Shown here: one piece after another, positions 38,729 to 50,840 of the stretch
Numbering within the stretch: the first letter of the stretch is position 1
Layout of the letters: each line of letters starts with the position of its first letter
Assembly (NCBI RefSeq): GCF_018350175.1
Contig: NC_058368.1
Span: 38,690,001 to 38,754,000, forward strand
From: Felis catus
Taxonomy: Eukaryota
DNA: 64,000 nucleotides
Direction of reading: 5' to 3'
Notes under the pieces: generated by a model
Told to the model about the DNA's origin: nothing
What the model saw: only the letters and a program-made list of their open reading frames with translations
The model's database searches: none
Translations under genes and position numbers: made by a program

Positions 38729-39288
38729 TTTTTACCTAACGGTTATTAATTATAGACATCATGTTGCTAGTTTTGTTATCTTTTATTTATCTCAAAAATT
38801 GCATTGGTCTTGGGAGGAAGATTGTGGCATAGGAGGATGCTGGGCTCATCCTGTCCTGCTGATCACTTAGATTCCACCCACATCGGCCAGAAGACTAGCA
38901 GAAAGGATTCTCCAGAGCCAAGCATAGACAAGAGGCCCACAGAAGAGGGGCCCCTCCTGAAGCGGACCACCAAAGGCAAAGCAAGCTGAGTCTGCCCCTC
39001 CCACCCCTGTGCACCTTGCGGATCCACCCTGGCTAATAAGCCAGATCTCACAGAAGCAGCACCACAAGCCTGGCAGTGTGCAAGTGGCCCAGACAGGGGC
39101 CACACCACTCAACAGTGAGACCTGCCTCTGGGAGAGGAGAAGATAAGGGACACACCAGTCTGTGGCCCCAGCAGTGGGCTGGGGGCAGACATCAGGTCTG
39201 ATTGAGGACCCGCCCACCAATCCAAATTACTCCAGACAGCACAGAGGAAGAACCCTGCAGTTCCCCTCCACTCCACGGACTATCCAAA

Positions 39289-40175
39289 ATGACAAAACAG
39301 AAGAATTCCTCTCAAAAGAAACTCCAGGAAGTAGTGACAGCTAACAAACTGATCAAAAACAATTTAAGCAATGTAACAGAAAATGAATTTAAATAATAGT
39401 CATAAAATTAATTGCTGGGCTTGAAAAAAGTATAGAGGACAGCAGAGAATCTGTTACTACAGAGATCAAGGGACTAAGAAACAGGAGGAGCTAAAAAATG
39501 CTATAAATGAGCTGCAAAATAAAATGGAGGTGAACACAGCTTGGATTGAAGAGGCAGAGGAAAGAATAGGTGAATTAGAAGATAAAATTTTGGAAAAAGA
39601 GGAAGCTGAGAAAAATAGAGATAAAAAAATCCAGGACTATGAGGAGAGAATTAGAGAACTAAGTGATGCGATAAAACATGATAATATACGCATAACTGGG
39701 ATTCCAGAGGAGGAAGAGAAAGGGAAAGGGGCTGAAGGTGTACTTGAAAAAATAGCTGAGAACTTCCCTGATCTGGGGAAGGAAAAAAGCATTGAAATCC
39801 AAGAGGCACAGAGAACTCCCTTCAGACATAACTTGAATCAATCTTCTGCACAACATATCGTAGTGAAACTGGCAAAATATAAGGATAAAGAGAAAATTGT
39901 GAAAGCAGCTAGGGATAAATGTGCTCTAACATATAAAGGGAGACCTATAAGACTAGTGACGGATCTCTCTACTGAAACTTCGCAGGGCAGAAACGAATGG
40001 CAGGAAATCTTCAATGTGATGAACAGAAAAAAAATATGCAGCCGAGAATCCTCTATCCAGCAAGTCTGTCATTTAGAAGAGAAAAAGAGATAAAGGTCTT
40101 CCCAAACAACAAAAACTGAAGGAATTCAGCACCACTAAACCAGCCCTACAAGAGATCCCAAGGAGGATCCTGTGA
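39289..40175 (+). pseudogene. L1 ORF1p (RNA-binding protein), disrupted
   Basis: ATG at 39289 (MTKQKNSSQKKLQE...); ORF 39524..40093 has EEAEERIGELED, NIRITGIPEEEE, ENFPDL and YKGRPIRL motifs; premature stop and frameshifts near 39394 and 40030. Confidence 0.92.
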
Positions 40176-40225
40176 GACAAGGTACCAGAGATATCACTAC
40201 AAGCATGAAACCTATGGACATCACA

Positions 40226-43200
40226 ATGACTCTAAACCCATATCTTTCTATAATAACACTGAATGTAAATGGAATAAATGTGCTGACCAAAAGACATAGG
40301 GTATCAAAATGGATAAAAAAACAAGACCCATCTATTTGCTGTCTACAAGAGACTCATTTTACCCTGAGGACACCTTCAGATTGAAAGTGAGGGGATGGAG
40401 AACTATCTATCATGCTACTGGAAGTCAAAGGAAAGCTGGAGTAGCCATACTTATATAAGACAAACTAGACTTTAAAAGCTGTAACAAGAGATGAAGAAGG
40501 GCATTATATAATAATTACAGGGTCTATCCATTAGGAAGAGCTAACAATTATAAATGCCTATGCACCAAATACGGAGCCACCAACTATATAAAATAATTAA
40601 TCACAAACATAAGCAACCTTGTTGAAAACAATGTGGTAATTTCAGGGGGCTTTAATACTCAACTTAGAACAATAGGTAGATCATCTAGACACAGGATCAA
40701 TAAGAAACAAGGGCCCTGAATGATACATTGGATCAGATGGACTTGACAGATATATTTAGAACTCTGCATCCCAGAGCAACAGAATATACTTTCTTCTTGA
40801 GTGCACATGGAACATTCTCCAAGATATGTCACATACTGGGTCACAAAACAGCCCTTCATAAGTATACAAGAATTGAGATCATACCATGCATACTTTCAGA
40901 CCATAATGCTATGAAGCTTGAAATCAACCACAGGAAAAAGTCTGGAAAACCAGCAAAAGCATGGAGGTTAAAGAACACCCTACTAAAGAATGAGTGGGTC
41001 AACCAGGCAATTAGAGAAGAAATTAAAAAATATATGGAAACGAACGAAAATGAAAATACAACAATCCAAACACTTTGGGATGCAGCGAAGGCAGTCCTGA
41101 GAGGAAAATACATTGCAATCCAGGCCTATCTCAAGAAACAAGAAAAATCCCAAATACAAAATCTAACAGCACACCTAAAGGAACTAGAAGCAGAACAGCA
41201 AAGGCAGCCTAAACCCAGCAGAAGAAGAGAAATAATAAAGATCAGAGCAGAAATAAACAATATAGAATCTAAAAAAACTGTAGAGCAGATCAATGAAACC
41301 AAGAGTTGGTTTTTTGAAAAAATAAACAAAATTGACAAACCTCTAGCCAGGCTTCTCAAAAAGAAAAGGGAGATGACCCAAATAGATAAAATCATGACTG
41401 AAAATGGAATTATTACAACCAATCCCTCAGAAATACAAGCAATTATCAGGGAATACTATGAAAAATTATATGCCAACAAACTGGACAACCTGGAAGAAAT
41501 GGACAAATTCCTAAACACCCACACACTTCCAAAACTCAAACAGGAGGAAATAGAAAGCTTGAACAGACCCATAACCAGCAAAGAAATTGAATCAGTTATC
41601 AAAAATCTCCCAACAAGTAAGAGTTCAGGAACAGATGGCTTCCCTGGGGAATTCTACCAGACATTTAAAGCAGAGATAATATCTACCCTTCTCAAGCTAT
41701 TCCAAAAAATAGAAAGAGAAGGAAAACTTCCAGACTCCTTCTATGAAGCCAGCATTACTTTGATTCCTAAACCAGACCGAGACCCAGTAAAAAAAAAAAA
41801 AAAAAGAGAACTATGATATACCTGATGAATATGGATGCAAAAATTTTCAGTAAGATACTAGCAAATCGAATTCAACAGCGTATAAAAAGAATTATTCACT
41901 ATGATCAAGTGGGATTCATTCCTGGGAGGCAGGGCTGGTTCAACATTTGCAAATCAATCAATGAGATACATCATATTAATAAAAGAAAAGATAAGAACCA
42001 TATGATCCTGTCAATCAATGCAGAAAAAGTATTTGACAGAATTCAGCCTCCTTTCTTTTTTTTTTTTTTAATGTTTATTTATTTTTGAGACAGAGAGAGA
42101 CAGAGCATGAACAGGGGAGGGTCAGAGAGACAGGGAGACACAGAATCTGAAACAGGCTCCAGGCTCTGAGCGGTCAGCACAGAACCCAATGCGAGGCTCG
42201 AACTCACGGACTGCGAGATCATGACCTGAGCCGAAGTTGGTCGCTTAACCGACTGAGCCACCCAGGCGCCCCTCAGCCTCCTTTCTTAATAAAAACCCTC
42301 GAGAAAGTCGGGATAGAAGGAACATACTTAAACATCATAAAAGCCATTTATGAAAAGCCCACAGCTAATATCATCCTCAATGGGGAAAAACTGAGAGTTT
42401 TCTCCCTGAGATCAGGAACACAACAGGGATGTCCATTCTCACTGCTATTGTTTAACATAGTGTTGGAAGTTCTAGCATCAGCAATCAGACAACAAAAGGA
42501 AATCAAAGGCATCAAAATTGGCAAAGATGAAGTCAAGCTTTCACTTTTTGCAGATGACATGATATTATATACGGAAAACCCGATAGAGTCCACCAAAAGT
42601 CTGCTAGAACTGATACATGAAGTCAGCAAAGTCTCAGGATACAAAATTAATGTACAGAAATCAGTTACATTCTTATACACTAATAATGAAGCAACAGAAA
42701 GACAAATAAAGAAACTGATCCCATTCACAATTGCACCAAGAAGCATAAAATACCTAGGAATAAACCTAACCAAAGATGTAAAAGATTATATGCTGAAAAC
42801 TATAGAAAGCTTATGCAGGAAATTGAAGAAGATATAAAGAAATGGAAAAACATTCCGTGCTCATGGATTGGAAAAATAAATATTGTCAAAATGTCAATAC
42901 TACTCAAAGCTATCTACACATTCAATGCAATCCCAATCAAAATTGCACCAGCATTCTTCTCGAAACTAGAACAAGCAATCCTAAAATCTGTATGAGACCA
43001 CAAAAGGCCCGAATAGCCAAAGTAATTTTGAAGAAGACCAAAGCAGGAGGCATCACAATCCCAGACTTTAGCCTCTACTACAAAGCTGTAATCATGAAGA
43101 CAGCATGGTATTGGTACAAAAACAGACACATAGACCAATGGAATAGAATAGAAACCCCAGAACTAGACCCACAAACGTATGGCCAACTCATCTTTGACAA

Positions 43201-44274
43201 AGCAGGAAAGAACATCCAATGGATAAAAGACAGTCTCTTTAACAAATGGTGCTGGGAGAACTGGACAGCAACATGCAGAAGGTTGAAACCAGACCACTTT
43301 CTCACACCATTCAGAAAAATAAACTCCAAATGGATGAAAGACCTGAATGTGAGACAGGATACCATCAAAACCCTAGAGTAGAAAGCAGGAAAAAAAAAAA
43401 AAACCTTTCTGACCTCAGCCGCAGCAATTTCTTACTTGACACATCCCCAAAGGCAAGGGAATTAAAAGCAAAAATGAACTATTGGCACCCCATGAAGATA
43501 AAAATATTCTGCACAGCAAAGGAAACAACCAACAAAACTAAAAGGCAACCAACGGAATGGGAAAAGATATTTGCAAATGACAATCGGACAAAGGGCTAGT
43601 ATCCAAAATCTATAAAGAGCTCACCAAACTCCACACTCGAAAAACAAATAATCCAGTGAAGAAATGGGCAGAAAACATGAATAGACACTTCTCTAAAGAC
43701 ATCCAGATGTCCAACAGGCACATGAAAAGATCCTCAATGTCGCTCCTCATCAGGGAAATACACATCAAAACCACACTCAGATATTACCTCATGCCAGTCA
43801 GAGTGGCTTAAATGAACAAATCAGGAGACTATAGATGCTGGAGAGGATGTGGAGAAACGGGAACCCTCTTGCAGTGTTGGTGAGAATGCAAAGTGGTGCA
43901 GCCACTCTGGAAAACAGTGTGGAGGTTCCTCAAAAAATTAAAAATAGATCTACCCTATGACCCAGCAATAGCACTGCTAGGAATTTACCCAAGGGATACA
44001 GGAGTGCTGAGGCATAGGGGCACTTGTACCCCATTGTTTATAGCAGCACTGTCAACAATAGCCAAATTATGGAAAGAGCCTAAATGTCCATCAACTGATG
44101 AATGGATACAGAAATTGTGGTTTATATACACAATGGAGTACTACGTGGCAATGAGAAAGAATGAAATATGGCCCTTTGTAGCAACGTGGTTGGAACTGGA
44201 GAGTGTTATGCTAAGTGAAATGTCATACAGAGAAAGACAGATACCATATGTTTTCACTCTTATGTGGATCCTGA
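40226..44274 (+). pseudogene. L1 ORF2p (endonuclease/reverse transcriptase), disrupted
   Basis: MTLNPYLSIITLNVNG, CCLQETH and SDHNA (EN); [16 protein letters not shown] at 42547-42558; C-terminal LWKTVWRFL; multiple frameshifts, stops and a SINE insertion. Confidence 0.95.
42058..42272 (-). mobile_element. Can-SINE inserted in the L1 RT domain
   Basis: Perfect 15-bp TSD tcagcctcctttctt at 42043-42057 and 42273-42287. Confidence 0.97.
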
Positions 44275-44902
44275 GAAACTTAACAGAAGTCCATGGGGGA
44301 GGGGAAGAAAAAAAAAGAGGGTAGAGAGGGAGGGAGCCAAAGCATAAGAGACTCTTAAAAACTGAGAACAAACTGAGGGTTGATGGGGGGTGGGAGGGAG
44401 GGGAGGGTGGGTGATGGGTATTGAGGAGGGCACGTGTTGGGATGAGCACTGGGTGTTGTATGGAAACCAATTTGACAATAAATTTCATATTAAAAAGAAA
44501 AAAAAAGAAAAAAAATTGCTTTGGTCTTAGAATAGAAACAAGGGACTTTTCTCTGTCTAATACTCTGTGAGGCTATATTAACAAAATCGTGTTTTACTTT
44601 ATTTACTTTTGAAGAGGTATTATGATGTTTTATTCCTTTTCCGTAAAAAATGTCACTTTAACACTTTCTTCATATATTTCACATATTTCCTCTTAAATTT
44701 TTAATTATATTGTTTCTACTAATAGCAGTTTTCTTTTATGCTTTAAAATCCTTTTTTCTTAAGTACTTATGTGTCATGTTTTCTCATACTCCATAGTAGT
44801 TAACAGTTATGATTGTATTAGAAAAAGTCAAGCCTCATTTTGAATACTCTATGACTTCATCTTCTCATGAATCCTGGATTTCACATAGAGATACAGTATA
44901 AC

Positions 44903-45430
44903 TGTGACAGACATGCCAATTTTGTCTCTATTTTCCATTCCCTCTTTATTGTTAGAAGATCCAATATCTTTTAAGTGTGGCACTGTTCCTATGCAATTGT
45001 CGCATCATTATCGACCTAATCCAACCATGGCATTCTTTTTCTCCTTTGCTGGGAACTCATTTTCTCCTACTCCCTGTATTCAGAGGTGTCCCTAAGACCC
45101 ATTTCTAGATAATTAGTCCCAAAAGAAAGTACATTGGTGGTTTTTAGTTAACTTTTTGCTTTCCTAATGAAAGGAAAAGCATGACTCAGGAATCACAGGT
45201 GATTCCAATTCCCCCTTTGGAAATTTCTTGCATTGCCTAGAAGTACAGCAGCCAACTTGTGACAATAGATTAACAGGCTTAAAAACAGAAGTACCTCCTA
45301 AGGTTGGGTATCTGATGGCATGATAAAGAAGTCAGTGCATCAGTTGAAATGCCTGTGACCACACTTTTTATTTTTGAGAATTGTCTGTACTACTCAGGTC
45401 ACTGCAGAGATGTCTGTTAAACCTGATACA
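44903..45430 (+). mobile_element. old MaLR LTR (MLT1H/I/J-like)
   Basis: tgtgacagac start, cctagaagtacagcagccaacttgtgac motif, ends cctgataca. Confidence 0.55.
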
Positions 45431-45949
45431 ACAGTGTTTTTAACAACTTCAAACAATTGGGTGTGGGTGTGTGTTCATATATTAGATAATCAGGTAGAAT
45501 TTGTATGGAATAGATAATAAGAATGTAAAGTCTAATTCAGTTTAGAAAAAATGACAAAAAAAAATGATGTGAGTCAAGTGAAAGTGGTAATATAATTCCT
45601 ATGGAAAAACATTATTATATTAGCTGTATATAATGTTTTTAGAATTAATGTTTACTGGGTTTATTTGGCAGATATCTTCATTCTCTTCATTGCGGTGATG
45701 ATTTCATAAATCAAATGACCAAATTGTCAACATTAAATGTGCAGTTTATTGTACATAAATTATACGTCAGTAATGCTGTTAAAATATAGTGAATGAAAGA
45801 ATTATGTTGCATATTATTTTTTGGTATGTCCAAAGTGAGAAAATGGGAATTCGTTTTGTCTTTACCTTTTATTTCTTAATTAAGGAACATTTCATATAAA
45901 ATGAAGGTTCTGAGTTAATAACAATATTCAGAATATGATTAATAATAAA

Positions 45950-46175
45950 GGCAATGAGCATTTAATAAATGACTCTAATGTGCCAAGTCTATACTAGCCT
46001 TACCTCTTATGTTCCTAGCAAACAAATAAGGAAAGGTATTATTACCTCTAATCCGGAGGTGAGAGTTAAAAAGTAAACTCTGAGAAGACAAGTTGATGAA
46101 GCCACATGGCTAATTATGTTTATCAGCTGTGCTTTCAACATAGAACTATCAAATTCAAAACTTGTGCCTTTTCCA
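45950..46175 (-). mobile_element. MIR
   Basis: gagcatttaataaatgactctaatgtgccaag...aggtattattacctcta...aagccacatggctaatta. Confidence 0.55.
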
Positions 46176-47399
46176 ATCTGCTGTTTTGTTCCCTGTATTA
46201 CTGCACTCTAAAAGCACTCATTATAAATCTGAGTACTAGTTTCATCATCTGTAAATGTGCATAATATCTTGTATCCTGACTACTATATGGAGTTTGTTAA
46301 GACCAAATGATATATGGGAATGCACTTGAAAGCCCTGTAAAATGCTAGCTATCATCATCCAAATTCTTATTCAAGTCCATGATATGTCAACTTTTCTTAT
46401 ATACCATGAATATATTCTCAATGACACAGAGTATTTTTTTGCCCAAATTAGCCTTTTTCTCACAACTTTATCAAATATTTGTATTTGATCAGATCCTTAT
46501 AGAAGTTGTAAAGAAACAGAGTAGATCATATTCTGCATATGTAGTGTCACGGGTATAGACAGTAGATGAGGTCATCAGTGTTCATAATGTTGTAATTCAG
46601 GTTTAGTATTAATAAATGTTTGGGAATACTGGAAGTACCTGCTAGCAATAGTGAGGGGATGTCTTCCCTTCAAAACTTGATGTTTAAACTTATGATAAAA
46701 TAGGGTCATTTAGGACACATTGCGTTTTCTCTTAAGAATAGCGTTTGTATCTTGTACAGTAAAGTGTTCATCAAATTTTGTAGTTTCCCAAGATACAAGT
46801 GTCGATTAATTTTGGGGGAGTTGATTCATACTAACCCAATAAAAAATGTTTAAGCTCTAAGCCAAATGAGTAAATCTTTTCTGTGAGAAAACTTATTGAC
46901 AGAGAAACAATAATTTTTCTCTTCATAAGACAAATCTGAAGCACCATATGGAAGATTGCTTGATGAGCTTAGGTTATAAACAACATGGAATTAGGAATTT
47001 TGAGGAAGAGTTCATTAAGACCACAGTAAAACATTGTTTTATTATTTCATTTATTTATTTTGCATATATTTATTTTTAACTCTTCTATGCTCAGAATTAT
47101 TCTGAGGGTATGAGTGAGAGAAAAACAAATATGGAGCTGAGATTATGAAAAAAAAAACTATGCCCTTCTGCAGAGACTTCAGTACTAACAGCAAGATTCA
47201 TTGATTCTCTACTGGAGCTATTAGGTAACAAATGCCACATTTCATCTTAGGGACTCTCTTTCTCTAGTTTCCATGTATGTTTTCTATTTACTTCGACCAC
47301 ACTTCTTCAAATATAAGAATACCATTTGCAATGTTACAGTCTGCTATCGTCTAGGTAATTATGCACTGTCTGGTTTCATCGTAAATTCTACAACTTTAT

Positions 47400-47620
47400 A
47401 TTATGTAATTCTTTCCCTGGCTCACTAGCCTTGTTCATTTTCAGTGAACTTATCCAAATTTGTAATTATCTTTTGATTATTTTGTTTACTTATTTATTTT
47501 ATATTTCACCAATTGAGTCATAAACTTCTTTGTTTCATTTGGCACCTAGAACAGTGCTTAACGTCTAGGTAGTCCTTCTTCGATGAATGTTCATTAAAAT
47601 GAATGAATGAATGAATGAAG
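47400..47620 (+). mobile_element. L2 3' end
   Basis: gcacctagaacagtgctt...aatgttcattaaaatgaatgaatgaatgaatg, the diagnostic (TGAA)n tail. Confidence 0.7.
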
Positions 47621-47766
47621 AAAGAGTTCTATACACAATATATAATTTCTTTCTATTTTCTTTTACAACCTGGGAGTCTGATATTAAAATGAGTTATATA
47701 TTTAGAGCAATGCCTGCAGCATATATCTTTTATGTGCTACCTTGCAATAAATATTCCTGATTTTCT

Positions 47767-47987
47767 TTATTTTTAATTTTTTTTAACGTTTATATATTTT
47801 TGACACAGAGAGAGACAGAGCATGAACAGGGGAGTGGCAGAGAGAGAGGGAGACAAAGAATCTGAAACAGGCTCCAGGCTCTGAGCCATCAGCCCAGAGC
47901 CCGACATGGGGCTCGAACTCACGGACCGTGAGATCGTGACCTGAGCCAAAGTCAGACGCTTAACCGACTGAGCCACCCAGGCGCCCC
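47767..47987 (-). mobile_element. Can-SINE
   Basis: Perfect 12-bp TSD tcctgattttct at 47755-47766 and 47988-47999. Confidence 0.97.
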
Positions 47988-49326
47988 TCCTGATTTTCTA
48001 ATTTATGGTGGGTGCTTCACCATTTTGCCCATGTATTGTCTATGTACTTTTCTTTAGGCAGAAAAATATCATGAATAATGTTGCATGTCCTTATGTATAT
48101 GAAGAGTTTTATATCTCCCAGTGGAGTTCAGGTAGAACAAAGTGATATAAACTTTAATTTAAATTTTATTATTGTCTAGGGAATTCTCAACTTAAATATC
48201 ATTTTCTTTACATTTCTTTCTTTTCCACTCTCATTCCACCTAAACTCTGAGTTAAATATATTTTACCATTTTAAGTTTATTTTGCTTCAGGAGAGATAAA
48301 TATGAAGTTTAGCTTAGGGTTAAAGAAAGATGAAATAGATTAAATGGAAAATGAAGTGAAGTTAAAAAAAATTTTTTATGTGGCTAGTCATCTATGGAAT
48401 AATTGTTGAAAAACTGTAAACCATTTTAGCATTATTATTTACATATGTTTTCTGGAAACTGCAAAGCAATTAGTGTTTATTATAGCCCTGTGGAATTGCT
48501 CAGCTTTCAAAGCCTACATATTGTAATGTCTCAAATACTGTTTTAAGTGCAGGATTCACAGCTTAAGACAGGTCACCCATGAATGATTAAACTTTTAAAA
48601 ATTATTTGCACATGTGGTATTTTCATTAGTTTTTCCAAAAATAGTTTTTCATTGGATAGTCAACAATGAGTAATGAGATTAACCTGTGTTATGAGTTGAG
48701 CAACTAACTATGCATGTTGGGTTCTAGAACTAAGCAGATTCCAATTGTGAGGAATCACTTAGATGAAGAATATCATGAGGTCAGGGCAGGATTAGGTCAT
48801 TGTGCAAATAACTTTATAGTCTAACATTTTATAACCTCTTTTAGTATTGAAAAAATATAATGGAGATAAATTTAAGGTCCAATAGGCTTTGCTCTACTCT
48901 ATAAGAGTTTGTGAATTGTAATGAATATATAAACTTTTATATTGGAGTGGGTACTTTAGAGAAACCCTTGTGGCAGACATAAGCATTTCTGTCTCAGTTG
49001 AAGCAATATCAATATGTTAATTACAGGACATTCAACTATATTTTTCTCTCAAAATAACAAAATTATGTGCTTTATCAAAAAGCATGTAACAAGATAGAAT
49101 TTGAAATTTTTTATTCCTAAAAAAAACTTAAATAAATAAATAATAGATGAATTTTACAAAGAGGATGTTTCAAGATTTAGTAAAGCAAGGAATGAGACAT
49201 AAATCTAAGACAACATTCAATTTGTTGAATGGAGAGCTGTGTAATTGTTGGGCTAAGTTTGGATATGTAGAATCTTTATTACACACTTCATATGTTAAAT
49301 TAAGTTCAGATGTGTAATTCACTTCA

Positions 49327-49836
49327 TGTGGTAAATAGACTATTAGTCCTCCACCCCCAGATGTCTATGTTCTAATTTCTGGAAACCATGAGTATAGTAT
49401 CTTAGATGGATAGGAAAAAAAAAAAAAACTTTGAGGATATGATTAAGTAAGGGCCTTAAGATGGAGAGATGATCCTGGATCACCCAAGTGAGCCTAATAT
49501 AATCACAAAGATCTTTGAAAGATGAAAGAGAGAGGCTTAATAGAGAAGGAAATGTGAAGACCGAAAGAGAGGTCACAGAGAGAGGAAGGTTGGAAGATGT
49601 TTCGCTACTGGCTTTGAAATTGGAGAGTGGGGCCATGAACCAAGGAATGCAGACAATATCCAGAAGCTAGAAAGGCAAGGTAATGGATTCTCCCCTAAGA
49701 GCTTTGAGAATGAAAACATACCTCAAGACCCACTTTAACCTTCTGACCTCCAGAACTATAGAATGCTACTTTATGTTGTCTTAAGCTACTTTAAGTTTGT
49801 GCTAACTTTATACAGCGGCAGTAGGAAAGTAATGCA
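49327..49836 (+). mobile_element. MaLR LTR (MLT1D-like)
   Basis: tgtggta...gagatgatcctggatcacccaagtgagcctaatataatcacaa...cttctgacctccagaactata...cagcggcagtaggaaagtaatgca. Confidence 0.85.
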
Positions 49837-50409
49837 CTGATCACTTATCTGAGACAATATGAGCTGGAACATTTTTAAAATAGCATAAATTATATTCACA
49901 GACAAAGTGATGTGTTTAATATGGTATTATTGGACTTTAGATGACATATCTTTTGCGCCATTAATTTGAAATTTGTGATTTTTTTGTTTGTCTAAATGAT
50001 TAATAGGGATTCAGGGTTTTTCTCTTTTCTTTCCTGTTAGTTGACTGAGGGAAAGAAGTTTTACTCTTTGTAATTTTCCATGTCCTTCCAGTCTGAAAGG
50101 AAATGCTGTGAATTATAGAACAGAAAGATGGAGGGAATATGGGACAGTCATTCCACTGTGGAGTCACTGCATGGCCGTGTATCACCTGTGTCTAGTTAGG
50201 TTCTGTAAAATAAGTAAGTAAGCTGCTTTAGTATCAAATCCCACTTTCTTTTTCTTAGTAGCTGGATCCATACTGATCACATCAATTATAACATTAATGA
50301 ATTGTTTTTCTAATTATTTGTTTTAAGCTAGTTTCCCTGCTACATTATAAGCATACTATTTAGTCCTTTTTTTTTTTCTTTTTTTTTTTTTAATTGCTAT
50401 ATCCTAGAA

Positions 50410-50620
50410 CCTAACTCCACATCTGGAGTATGATATTTGAGTAAGTGACTTAACTTTTCTAAATTTTAGTTTCCCCCAACAGATATAATAGTTTAATAAA
50501 ATATAGCTGGTTGATTGTTAAAATGAAATAAGATATGTGTGTGAGATTTGAAAAGGAGTAAAAAGGTATCATAATACATATGGCACTGAGAGGAAAAAGC
50601 AAATATATTGAGCATCTACT
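50410..50620 (+). mobile_element. MIR
   Basis: tgatatttgagtaagtgacttaacttttctaaattttagtttcccc...gattgttaaaatgaaataagatatgtgtgtga. Confidence 0.55.
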
Positions 50621-50669
50621 ACCAGTAAGAACAAGGTGACTTGAACTCATCAGTCAGTTTAATTTTGTG

Positions 50670-50840
50670 TAACTTTCATAACTCTGTATAATAGGTGATG
50701 TCATTACCACTTACAAGTGAAGAAATTTAATTCAGGAAGGATAAGGAACTTCACCAGTACCACACGTATAGTATAGTGCTGGCAGTGTGGATTTGAACCA
50801 AACCCTGAATCCAAAGTTCATATACATTCCGTGGTATCAC
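50670..50840 (-). mobile_element. MIR
   Basis: cacttacaagtgaagaaatttaattcaggaaggataaggaacttcacc...ggatttgaacc...gaatccaaagttca. Confidence 0.6.

Larger units (their letters stand above)
38812..44510 (+). mobile_element. felid L1 (L1_Fc-like), 5'-intact, non-functional
   Basis: 5'UTR start gggaggaagat, ORF1, ORF2 (EN, RT, C domain), G-rich 3'UTR, AATAAA and A-tail; 18-bp TSD aaaaattgcattggtctt (38794-38811) / aaaaattgctttggtctt (44511-44528). Confidence 0.97.

Noticed and set aside
40728..41816. 362-aa ORF as a functional gene or active L1
   Set aside because: It is a fragment of L1 ORF2; the element has many frameshifts and stops plus a SINE in the RT domain.
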